From an uncultured Actinomycetes bacterium (GTDB lineage: Bacteria; Actinomycetota; Actinomycetes; S36-B12): 35,043 nucleotides of DNA. This document shows positions 25,793-34,534 of the stretch, piece by piece (position 1 is the stretch's first letter; every line of letters begins with the position of its first letter). Below the pieces are notes generated by a model that did no database searches, was not told the origin of the DNA, and was given only the letters and a program-made list of their open reading frames with translations. Both the position numbers and the translations under genes were made by a program. The DNA lies in the NCBI GenBank assembly GCA_937876275.1, contig CALFIA010000016.1, positions 1-35,043 on the forward strand, given 5' to 3'.

Positions 25793-26773
25793 CTATCCCT
25801 TGACGGAACCGGCGAGGAGCCCTCGCACGAAGAATCGCTGCAGAGCGAAGAACACGATGAGCGGGATCACGATGGCAATGAATGCGCCGGCGGTGATGAG
25901 GTGCAATTGCGCACCATAGGTTCCCTTGATATTCGCCAGGTACGCCGTCACCGGCGCAACGTCCGGGGTTCCTCCTGCGAAGGTCAAGGCCACGAGCAAG
26001 TCATTCCAGACCCACAGGAATTCGAAGATGGCGAAGGAGGCGATGGCCGGGACGGAGAGCGGCAGGATCAGCTTGCGGAAGATCAGGAAGTGGCTGGCGC
26101 CATCAACGCGCGCTGCCTCCATGAGCTCACGCGGGAGCTGTCCGATGAAGTTGTGCAGCAGGAATATCGCGATCGGGAGAGCGAACATCGTGTGCGCGAT
26201 CCACAGTGGGATGTAGGTACCGGCAAAAAGAGACTGCGCGGAGCCCGCCTTGTTCAAGTCAGGGAAGATCGGGATAGGCCCAAGGCTCCAGCCCTTGTTG
26301 AACATCTGCAGGAGGGGCAGCAGGGCCATCTGCAGGGGAACCACCTGAAGAGCGAAGATCGCAAAGAAGATCACGGTCGAGCCCTTGAAGGGGATCCACG
26401 CCAATGCGTAGGCAGCCATGCAGGCGATCACCAGTGCAAAGACGGTGGCCGGGATTGCAATCGCGATGGAGTTGAAGAAGTAGGGCGTGATGCCACCGGG
26501 AATGACCGAACCGCCGGTCAGTACCTCGGAGTAGTTGCTGAGAGTGGCTGTCGGATCGGTGAAGAAGGTCCACCAACCGGTGTTCTGGGCTTCCTCTTTC
26601 GGCCGAATCGACGTGATGAGAAGACCGAGGGTCGGAATTGTCCAGAGCACCGTGATCACGATGACGACGAAGGACGCCCACGGGCTGCTCAGTCGACGAC
26701 GTGCGGCTTCGGGGATGGTCTCCTCGGGCAGGTTGCTCGGGAGCGAAACAAATTCGTGGGCTTCTACGCTCAT
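25793..26773 (-). CDS. carbohydrate ABC transporter permease (MalG/CebG-like)
   Basis: 326 aa, 6 TM segments, EAA-loop region ELMEAARVDGASHFLIFRKLILP. ATGA overlap with the upstream permease gene. Confidence 0.9.
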   Translation of the reverse strand: MSVEAHEFVSLPSNLPEETIPEAARRRLSSPWASFVVIVITVLWTIPTLGLLITSIRPKEEAQNTGWWTFFTDPTATLSNYSEVLTGGSVIPGGITPYFFNSIAIAIPATVFALVIACMAAYALAWIPFKGSTVIFFAIFALQVVPLQMALLPLLQMFNKGWSLGPIPIFPDLNKAGSAQSLFAGTYIPLWIAHTMFALPIAIFLLHNFIGQLPRELMEAARVDGASHFLIFRKLILPLSVPAIASFAIFEFLWVWNDLLVALTFAGGTPDVAPVTAYLANIKGTYGAQLHLITAGAFIAIVIPLIVFFALQRFFVRGLLAGSVKG

Positions 26774-27750
26774 CGGACCGAACGCTCCTTTCGCAGCTGA
26801 ATCACGTTGTAGATGATGATCGGAGTCACTCCGAGGAAGAGCACCACCGCGAGGGCACTGCCGCGCCCGACGTCGAATGCGACGAATGACTGGGCGTACA
26901 TCTCATTAGCGACCACCTGGGTACCGAAGTTGCCGTTGGTCATCGTGCGCACGATGTCGAAGATCTTCAGCACCGCGATCATGATCGTGGTGAGCACCAC
27001 GATCAAGGTGCCGCGAATCATCGGAATGGTCACCTTGCTGAACTGCTTCCAGCCGGTTGCACCGTCAAGCTCTGATGCCTCGATCACGTCGCTCGGGATC
27101 GCCTTGATCGCAGCAGAGAGCACGACCATCGCGAAGCCCACCTGAATCCAGATCATGATGATCATCAGCAGGAAGTTATTGAAGGGCTGCCACAGCAGCC
27201 AGTTCGGTGGATTATCGAAACCGAGCCACATCGCGACCTGGCTGAGCAGGCCGACCTGCGGCTGCGCGGGATCGCGGTATTCGTAGACGAGGCCCCAGAT
27301 GATGCCTGCGCCCACGAACGAGATGGCCATGGGCATGAAGATGAGCGACTTGCTAATCGACTCCCGCTTCATGCGATCGAGGAGAAGGGCGAGAGTCAGG
27401 CCGAGGGCCGTAGAGAGCACCGGCGCGATGATGATCCACAGCACCGTGTTGATCAGGAAGGTGGAGTTGCCCGGCGCGGTGAAGATCCACCCGAAGTTGG
27501 CCAGGCCCACGAAGTTCTTGCCGCTGGCATCCTGGAAGCTGCCTGCGGTGGTGCGGACTGCAGGGACGACCAGGCCGTAGATCAGAAGTAATACAGCGGG
27601 GCCGAGGAACACGACGCCGGCGATGGGGCCTTGTGCTCGCCCCTTGGCACGCGAGGCCAGGAAGAAGACGATGAGCAATATCGCGAGCACGATGGCGACG
27701 GCGGCGAACGCGTTGCCGATCTTGCTCAATCCATTGGCGAGTTCTTCCAC
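26770..27750 (-). CDS. carbohydrate ABC transporter permease (MalF/CebF-like)
   Basis: 326 aa, 6 TM segments, EAA loop VIEASELDGATGWKQFSKVTIPMI. GTG start with GAAGGGG upstream. Confidence 0.9.
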   Translation of the reverse strand: MEELANGLSKIGNAFAAVAIVLAILLIVFFLASRAKGRAQGPIAGVVFLGPAVLLLIYGLVVPAVRTTAGSFQDASGKNFVGLANFGWIFTAPGNSTFLINTVLWIIIAPVLSTALGLTLALLLDRMKRESISKSLIFMPMAISFVGAGIIWGLVYEYRDPAQPQVGLLSQVAMWLGFDNPPNWLLWQPFNNFLLMIIMIWIQVGFAMVVLSAAIKAIPSDVIEASELDGATGWKQFSKVTIPMIRGTLIVVLTTIMIAVLKIFDIVRTMTNGNFGTQVVANEMYAQSFVAFDVGRGSALAVVLFLGVTPIIIYNVIQLRKERSVR

Positions 27751-27783
27751 TGCTCTTGCCCCTTCACATACCCGGAAGTGGAA

Positions 27784-27821
27784 CCGGGGTCTGAGGGATG
27801 TCTACACCCCTCAGACCCCGG
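27784..27821 (-). other. intercistronic GC-rich stem-loop between the binding-protein and permease genes
   Basis: ccggggtctgaggg (27784-27797) and ccctcagaccccgg (27808-27821) form a perfect 14-bp stem around a 10-nt loop. No clear U-tract follows on the transcribed (minus) strand. Confidence 0.8.
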
Positions 27822-27851
27822 CTTTCAGTCACTTACTTCAAACCGAACTGA

Positions 27852-29243
27852 CTAGGAAGCGGGCCATGCAGCGTCGATGGCTGCGAGCACGTCCTTGGTC
27901 GGCTTGTCCTCGGCGAACCAAGCGGTCATTTCCTTCCACTCAGCACCCGCGCCGACAGCTGCCGGCATGAGGTCGGATGCATCGAAACGGAAGGTGCCGT
28001 TCGGGTCGGTCAGGTACTGAGCCGACAGCTTGTCGATCGGGTTGGCGTAGGTGTCCAGCGGAACACCGCTGTTTGCCGACACCCAGGTGCCCAGGGCCGC
28101 CTTGGCCGTGGCGAACTCTGCCGACGAGAGGAAGGTCTGCGCAGCAGCAACCTCGGGGCGATCAGCGAACGCGGTCACGAACTCGCCACCGCCGACGACA
28201 GGGTTGGGTGCAACCGCGTCGTCAATTGCCGGCAGGTAGAAGGCGTACACGTCGCCATCTTCGGCAATGGTGGTTCCGGGCTTGAAGTTCTCCCAGAAGT
28301 TTGCGTAGAAGGAGGCCTGCTGCAGCATGGCGCAGTCACCCTTGAGGATCGGGCCGCCGGCATCCTGGAATGCGGTGGTCGCGATGGTCTTGACGTCACC
28401 GAAACCGCCGTTGACGTAAGCCGGGTTCTTCATCCATGCAGCCAGGGTGTCCATGGCCTTGGTGATCTCGGGCGACTGGAACGTGATCTCGTGGCTGACC
28501 CACTTGTCGTACACGTCGCCACCCGACTGGCGCAGAACGATCTGCTCGAGCCAGTCAGTTGCCGGCCAACCGGTTGCTCCACCGGACTCGATGCCACCGC
28601 ACCACGGCTTGACGCCGGCCTTGGCGATCTTGTCGGACGCTGCGAAGAGCTCATCCCAGGTGGTGGGAACAGTGATGCCCCACTCGGCGAACTTCTTCGG
28701 CGAGTACCACACGAAGGACTTCATGTTCGAGCCCAGGGGTGCGGCGTAGAACGTGCCGTCGACGGTGCCGTAGTTCTTCCATGCCGGGTTCCAGTACTTG
28801 TCGACATTGTCGACAACGCTCTGGGGTGCTGCGACCGGGCCGCCGGCCTGGACGAGCTTGGCCAGGAGACCGGGCTGCGGGATGAAGGCGATGTCAGGGG
28901 CGTTGCCACCGGCGATGCGGGTGGGCAGCTGTGCCTCGAACTGATCGCTGCCTTCGTAGACGATGTCGATGCCGGTGCAGGTCTCGAACTGCTTCCAGGC
29001 ATCCTCGAACTTCTGCTGCTCGGGGGGCAGGATCGAGGTGAAGACGCTGACCTTCGCACCGTCGAAGGTGCCGTACGCGGCGTATGCCTCGCAGCCGGCA
29101 GCAACGGAGGCTGCGGGGGCTGCAGATGCTGCTGCCGTGCTCTCGCTCGACGAGCTGCTTCCACCGCAGGCGGCGAGCAGCATGGATGCTGCAACTCCAC
29201 CAACGAGGAGGGCAGCCCCACGGCGACGCATGGATGCGCTCAT
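27852..29243 (-). CDS. sugar ABC transporter substrate-binding lipoprotein (CebE-like)
   Basis: Lipobox MLLAAC-GGSSSS after a basic N-terminus, then a 463-aa family-1 extracellular solute-binding fold. AGGAG lies 5 nt upstream of the ATG. Confidence 0.9.
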   Translation of the reverse strand: MSASMRRRGAALLVGGVAASMLLAACGGSSSSSESTAAASAAPAASVAAGCEAYAAYGTFDGAKVSVFTSILPPEQQKFEDAWKQFETCTGIDIVYEGSDQFEAQLPTRIAGGNAPDIAFIPQPGLLAKLVQAGGPVAAPQSVVDNVDKYWNPAWKNYGTVDGTFYAAPLGSNMKSFVWYSPKKFAEWGITVPTTWDELFAASDKIAKAGVKPWCGGIESGGATGWPATDWLEQIVLRQSGGDVYDKWVSHEITFQSPEITKAMDTLAAWMKNPAYVNGGFGDVKTIATTAFQDAGGPILKGDCAMLQQASFYANFWENFKPGTTIAEDGDVYAFYLPAIDDAVAPNPVVGGGEFVTAFADRPEVAAAQTFLSSAEFATAKAALGTWVSANSGVPLDTYANPIDKLSAQYLTDPNGTFRFDASDLMPAAVGAGAEWKEMTAWFAEDKPTKDVLAAIDAAWPAS

Positions 29244-29443
29244 GGATTCTCCTAGCGTTCATGTCCGACGAGGGGGATCCTCGAAGGTCTACCGGAATTC
29301 CCGAAGTAAACGCTGTCATCCTGGACCCATTCCCTCAGGTACACAACAGGTGTCAACGAGTAATTCCCCTGTAAACGATCACGATTTGGTATCGGAGCCG
29401 TAGGGGAAATTCGGATATCCACGCACCAGTTGGCCGTCACAGG

Positions 29444-29457
29444 GTTTACATGTCAAC
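29444..29457. promoter_or_regulatory. near-palindrome GTTTACA|TGTCAAC, candidate operator in the divergent control region
   Basis: 12 of 14 positions are symmetric. Its right half TGTCAACG recurs at 29351, and close variants occur at 29370 (TGTAAACG) and 29306 (GTAAACG). The minus strand of the site reads TTGACA. Confidence 0.3.
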
Positions 29458-29545
29458 GCTTACTTTTTGCGCTACCGTGCCACTGCCGAGCTCATCGGCA
29501 CCACAACGGATCGTCCGGCACGTTCCTGCCGGTGGAAGGAAAGTC

Positions 29546-30616
29546 ATGAGCCAGAACGTGAAGTTCGACGACGTCAGCCTGCTGTACCCCGGTGGTACCA
29601 CCCCTGCTGTCAGCCACCTGAACCTCGAGATTGCCGAGGGTGAATTCCTCGTGCTCGTTGGTCCCTCTGGCTGCGGAAAGTCGACCAGCCTGCGCATGCT
29701 CGCCGGCCTCGAGCCGATCTCCGCGGGCAAGATCCTGATCGGTGATCGCGATGTCACGCATGTTGCGGCCAAGGATCGCGACATTGCGATGGTCTTCCAG
29801 AACTATGCGCTGTACCCGCATATGTCGGTGGCCGAGAACATGGGCTTCGCACTGAAGATCGCGAAGGTCTCCAAGGACGAGATCGATCGTCGCGTAAAGG
29901 AGGCCGCGAAGCTGCTTGACCTCACCGAGTACCTCGAGCGCAAGCCCAAGGCTCTCTCCGGCGGACAGCGCCAGCGAGTTGCCATGGGCCGCGCCATCGT
30001 GCGCGAGCCGCAGGTCTTCTTGATGGACGAGCCGCTGTCGAACCTCGATGCCAAGCTGCGCGTTCAGACGCGTACGCAAATTGCTGCACTGCAGAAGCGA
30101 CTCGGCACCACCACTCTTTACGTCACGCATGATCAGGTCGAGGCCATGACCATGGGCGATCGTGTCGCAGTTCTCAAGCTCGGCGTGCTCCAGCAGGTCG
30201 GTACCCCCGCCGAGCTCTACAACGAGCCGAGCAACGCATTCGTCGCGGCCTTCATCGGATCACCGTCGATGAACCTCATCAACGCAGGCATTACGTCAGA
30301 TGGCGTAGCGATGAAGGGTCACACCCTTCCCGCCGAGCGCGATGCACTAGCTCGCGCTACAGGTGACCGTGTTCTCGTGGGTTTCCGCCCCGAGGATCTT
30401 CACCTCTCAGACGAGGGCTTTGAGCTCACTGTCACTCTCGTCGAGAACCTTGGTGCCGACACATTCATCTACGGCACCGCTACGAACGACCGAGGCGAGT
30501 CCGTCGATCTCGTGGCACGCGGTAAGGCAACTCCCGCTATCGGCACGGTGGTCAAGGTGGCACCGGCTCGCACCTACATCTTCGATGCCGAGGGCGAGCA
30601 GAAGCGCCTGTCCTAG
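29546..30616 (+). CDS. msiK: multiple-sugar ABC importer ATPase (MsiK/UgpC/MalK family)
   Basis: ATG 29546 with GGAAGGA upstream. The block EGEFLVLVGPSGCGKSTSLRMLAGLE...DRDIAMVFQNYALYPHM.VA.NMGFALKIA...LSGGQRQRVAMGRAIVREPQVFLMDEPLSNLDAKLR is almost identical to Streptomyces MsiK as I remember it. Confidence 0.88.
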   Translation: MSQNVKFDDVSLLYPGGTTPAVSHLNLEIAEGEFLVLVGPSGCGKSTSLRMLAGLEPISAGKILIGDRDVTHVAAKDRDIAMVFQNYALYPHMSVAENMGFALKIAKVSKDEIDRRVKEAAKLLDLTEYLERKPKALSGGQRQRVAMGRAIVREPQVFLMDEPLSNLDAKLRVQTRTQIAALQKRLGTTTLYVTHDQVEAMTMGDRVAVLKLGVLQQVGTPAELYNEPSNAFVAAFIGSPSMNLINAGITSDGVAMKGHTLPAERDALARATGDRVLVGFRPEDLHLSDEGFELTVTLVENLGADTFIYGTATNDRGESVDLVARGKATPAIGTVVKVAPARTYIFDAEGEQKRLS

Positions 30617-31767
30617 TTCGCGGTAATGAGCCGGGCCCCCGGGCCCGGCTCGACCTCGATCACGACTGCGGGAGCAAAACCGCGGGCTGAGTATTCGCGC
30701 TCCACTTCGGCGCGAAGACCGGACACTCGAGCAGAGTCGACCAATGCGAGCGCGGAACCACCGAAGCCCCCTCCCATCATTCGCGCACCCAAGGCGCCTG
30801 CCCGCATGCTGGCCTCGACCGCTGAATCCAACTCCGGGCAGCTGACGTCGAAGTCATCGCGCAACGACGCGTGAGAATCGCACATTAACTCGCCGAGTCT
30901 GACGAATTCACCCCCATTCAGGGCTGTCACTGCTTCCAGCACTCTCAAGTTTTCGGTCACGACGTGCCGAGTACGACTCACCAGAGTGTTCGAGTCTGCG
31001 TGAGCTGCAAGCCATTCACAGGCTTGGTCAAGTTGATCGACCTCGCGAAGAGACGTCAGCCCTAAAAGGCCCGCAGCCTTCTCGCACGACTCCCGCCGAG
31101 CGGCATATCCGCCGTCGACCAGTGCGTGGGATGCCCGTGTGTCGATGACCACCAAGGAAAGCCCGCTTTCCTTTGTCCGTAGCGGCACGGGAGTGATGAA
31201 ATCGTCGCGTACATCGAAGAAGAGCGCCGATCCCCGCTCACACATCATCGACGCCACTTGATCCATGGCTCCAGTGGGTACGCCGACGAAGTCGTTCTCT
31301 GCATGTTGCGCCATTCGGGCTAGCTCTCTTGCAGAGAACTGGAGACGGAGGCAATCAGTCAGCGCGACAAGTACCGAGCATTCCAACGCGGCGGATGAGG
31401 AGAGCCCGGCTCCAATCGGCACGTCACCGTCGATAACCACAAAGAGGCCTGCGTTGATCGGCGACTCTGTGACGAGAGACCACACCGCGCCGGCAACGTA
31501 AGCCCCCCAGCCGGTGACCGCGCCAGGTGAAAGCGAATCCATGTTGAGCACGATCTGCTCATCAGGATGCTGCAGCGAGGCGATGGTCAGAGTTGGCTCT
31601 GTGACCATCGAGACTGCTGCCACTACTCCGCGCTCAATCGCGGCAGGGAGAACGAAGCCGTTGTTGTAATCAGTGTGCTCGCCAATGAGGTTGATGCGCC
31701 CTGGAGCAAATGCCGCACTTATTCGATCATGACCTCGTTCACGAAGGTAGGCAACCACGGGGCTCAT
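30613..31767 (-). CDS. galK: galactokinase
   Basis: GRINLIGEHTDYNNGFVLPAAI (GalK signature), GHMP motif PIGAGLSSSAALE, and C-terminal GARMMGGGFGGSALAL. Confidence 0.93.
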   Translation of the reverse strand: MSPVVAYLRERGHDRISAAFAPGRINLIGEHTDYNNGFVLPAAIERGVVAAVSMVTEPTLTIASLQHPDEQIVLNMDSLSPGAVTGWGAYVAGAVWSLVTESPINAGLFVVIDGDVPIGAGLSSSAALECSVLVALTDCLRLQFSARELARMAQHAENDFVGVPTGAMDQVASMMCERGSALFFDVRDDFITPVPLRTKESGLSLVVIDTRASHALVDGGYAARRESCEKAAGLLGLTSLREVDQLDQACEWLAAHADSNTLVSRTRHVVTENLRVLEAVTALNGGEFVRLGELMCDSHASLRDDFDVSCPELDSAVEASMRAGALGARMMGGGFGGSALALVDSARVSGLRAEVEREYSARGFAPAVVIEVEPGPGARLITAN

Positions 31768-32867
31768 TCGGTCGACTCCCAGGCGTCACGGATTCGGGTG
31801 GCCGCTTCCTCGGGAGACACGTCTGTAACGAAGGCACCCATCAAGGATTCCGAACTCGCAAGGTACTTGAGCTTGTCAGAAGCCCGGCGGTTAGAGATCA
31901 GACGCATGAAGAGTCGACTATCGACTAGCTCTTCTCTCGAGGCATGCGCCGGAACCTGGCTCCATCCCGCCATGTACGGAAGACGGGAATTGAAGATCGA
32001 GTCAAGCGCACGCACGAGTCGCGGGAACAATTCGGAGAGGCTTTCTTGTTCAGCATCCGTGAGCTGAGATAGTCCGGTGCGCGATTCGCGAGGATGTATC
32101 TGCACTTCAAACGGCCAGCGTGCAGCAAACGGCACGAAGACGATCCAGTTATCGTTCTCAACAATCACCCGCCGACCATCGGCACGCTCACGTGCGATAA
32201 CTGAATCCAGCAGTGGGATGCCCGTGCGCTTTCTGAATCGAGCAGCGACGTGCAACTGCTCCTGGACGGTAGGCGGAACGTAGGGATACGCATAGATCTG
32301 TCCATGAGGGTGATGCAGGGTTACGCCAACCTCGGCACCGCGGTTCTCGAAGACGAAGACGTAACGAATTCCGCGCAACTGCGAGAGCTCGCGATCCCGG
32401 TCCATCCAGGCACGAATGACCAGACGCATTCGCGTTCTCGACAAGGTTGCTGCCGAACCCTCGTGATCGGCCGTGTAGGCCACGACCTCGCACCTACCGT
32501 GAGCCGGCACTTCACGGTCCCACGGTAGATCAGACGAGAGTTCGGTACCAGAAGCAGCCTGAGAGAAGGAGGGCGAGCGATTCTCGAAGACGACGACTTC
32601 GTAGTCAGATTCTGGAATCTCCGAGAGATGGCCGGCCGCGCTCGGGCACAGTGGGCATTCGCTTGCGGCAGGCAGGTGAACGCGTGACTGTCGGTGCCCG
32701 GCAATGGTGACCCACTGTTCGGTTAAAGGATCAAGACGCATCGTGCTTCGCGCAGCGTCGCCCGGGGTGAGTCCACGAAGATCAGGAGCAGTTCGTTCCG
32801 CTTCGGTTTCGGCGTCGAAATAGATCAGCTCACGGCCATCCGAGAGTCGAGTCGACGTTCGTCGCAT
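31764..32867 (-). CDS. galT: galactose-1-phosphate uridylyltransferase (HIT-type)
   Basis: ATG 32867 (MRRTSTRLSDGRELIYFD). Zn site CPLCP, FENRG, active site HHPHGQIYAYPYVPP. The stop overlaps the galK start (ATGA). Confidence 0.9.
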   Translation of the reverse strand: MRRTSTRLSDGRELIYFDAETEAERTAPDLRGLTPGDAARSTMRLDPLTEQWVTIAGHRQSRVHLPAASECPLCPSAAGHLSEIPESDYEVVVFENRSPSFSQAASGTELSSDLPWDREVPAHGRCEVVAYTADHEGSAATLSRTRMRLVIRAWMDRDRELSQLRGIRYVFVFENRGAEVGVTLHHPHGQIYAYPYVPPTVQEQLHVAARFRKRTGIPLLDSVIARERADGRRVIVENDNWIVFVPFAARWPFEVQIHPRESRTGLSQLTDAEQESLSELFPRLVRALDSIFNSRLPYMAGWSQVPAHASREELVDSRLFMRLISNRRASDKLKYLASSESLMGAFVTDVSPEEAATRIRDAWESTE

Positions 32868-34534
32868 CAGAACTCCGAATCTGTTGCGATCCAGGCACCG
32901 GAAGCGGCGGGCAGAGAAAGTGTGCCTGCTTCTAGTCCAACGCCAACGTGACTGGACACCATCACCGTGCCATGAGTCGCAATATGCCTCGGCTGCGAGG
33001 TGCAATTCACCACGCAGGTGAACGCCGCCCCTCGCCTTACTCGCACCACGCCGGGCACGATCTCCTCGATCTCGGCATTCTCGAGATCAGCGAGTGCCGG
33101 GAGTTCGCGTCTTAGGTGCAGCATCTGCCGGTATTGGCTCAGCGGTGAGTTCGGATCCTCCGCCTCTCTCGCGGCGGTGAAGACTTCCCAATTGGAGGGC
33201 TGGGGAAGCCACGTGACAGCAGTCGGATCATCACTGAATCCGTAAGGCGGGCGATCGCCGTTCCACGGGAGCGGCACTCGCGCCGCATCGCGCCCCAGCT
33301 GCTCACCCTTGGTACGGATGAACACCGGATCCTGGCGAGCAGCAGCAGGAATAGGCGCATCGGCCAAGCCGAGCTCCTCTCCCTGATACACGTAGATGGA
33401 GCCAGGTAGGGCATGAGCAATGAGTGCGAGTGAACGCGCCGCAGTACGCGCCAGGTCTGCGTCGAATTCATCCGACATGAGCCGACTCACCACACGAGGT
33501 GTGTCGTGATTCGACAGCGCCCAGGTCGCAGGGGCTTTCACGATCGATAGCTCGTCGAGGGTGCGCTTCACGACCGCGCAGATCGCAGTGGCATCGAAGG
33601 GAATGGAGAGAAACTCGAAGTTGAAGATCTGGTGCAGGGTGTCGCCACCGACATACATCGCAGCGCGTTCCGGTGTCACCCACGCTTCCGCTACTGCCAT
33701 TCGGTCGCCCGGGTAGCGGTTCATGACCTCACGCCAGCCGCGGTAGATCTCCTGCAACTCATCACGGTCAAAGATCGCCGAGTTCGTCACCTGCGCGCGC
33801 AATGCCTTGACTTCGTCGGAGTCATTGTCGAGATCGAGTCGTAGCGCCTCGACGAGACCTTGGGGATTATCGAGATCCGGATACGACATGTCCTTCGCCA
33901 GCCCGAGCGCGACATCGACTCGGAATCCGTCAACACCTCGATCGAGCCAGAAGGCCAAGGTCTTCAACCAGTCATCGCGGACCTCGGGATTGCTCCAGTT
34001 GTAGTCAGGCTGCGAGGAATCGAAGATGTGCAGGTACCACTGGCCGGGGGTGCCATCCGATTCGATGACACGGGTCCAGGCCGAGCCGCCGAACATGCTC
34101 ATCCAGTTCGTCGGCGGCTCACTTCCCCCTTCGCCGCGGCCGTCACGGAAGTGGAATCTCGCACGTTCTGCGGAGCCTGCTGAAGATCGAAGGGCTTCTT
34201 GGAACCAGCGATGCTCGACCGACGCATGATTCGGCACGACGTCGACAATCACCTTGATGCCTTGAACGTGAGCAGCATCGATCATCGACTGGGCATCGGC
34301 CAAGGTGCCGTACATCGGGTCGACATCGCGCTGATCAGCAACGTCATACCCCGAGTCATGCTGCGGCGATGGATAGAACGGGGAGAGCCAGATGGCGTCA
34401 ACGCCAAGGTCCTTCAGATAAGGAAGCTTCTCCTCAACACCATTGAGGTCACCAAGGCCGTCACCATTGCCATCGCGGAAAGAGCGCGGATAGACCTGAT
34501 AGATCGCCGCCGAATGCCACCAGGGACGCATCAC
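32867..34534 (-). CDS. GH13 alpha-glucosidase / oligo-1,6-glucosidase
   Basis: WWHSAAIYQVYPRSFRDGNGDGLGDLNGV..YL..LGVDAIWLSPFYPSP..D.GYDV.D, DVVPNH, GVDGFRVDV, and SNHD at region IV. Start is GTG 34534 or ATG 34531; both overlap the LacI stop. Confidence 0.92.
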   Translation of the reverse strand: MMRPWWHSAAIYQVYPRSFRDGNGDGLGDLNGVEEKLPYLKDLGVDAIWLSPFYPSPQHDSGYDVADQRDVDPMYGTLADAQSMIDAAHVQGIKVIVDVVPNHASVEHRWFQEALRSSAGSAERARFHFRDGRGEGGSEPPTNWMSMFGGSAWTRVIESDGTPGQWYLHIFDSSQPDYNWSNPEVRDDWLKTLAFWLDRGVDGFRVDVALGLAKDMSYPDLDNPQGLVEALRLDLDNDSDEVKALRAQVTNSAIFDRDELQEIYRGWREVMNRYPGDRMAVAEAWVTPERAAMYVGGDTLHQIFNFEFLSIPFDATAICAVVKRTLDELSIVKAPATWALSNHDTPRVVSRLMSDEFDADLARTAARSLALIAHALPGSIYVYQGEELGLADAPIPAAARQDPVFIRTKGEQLGRDAARVPLPWNGDRPPYGFSDDPTAVTWLPQPSNWEVFTAAREAEDPNSPLSQYRQMLHLRRELPALADLENAEIEEIVPGVVRVRRGAAFTCVVNCTSQPRHIATHGTVMVSSHVGVGLEAGTLSLPAASGAWIATDSEF

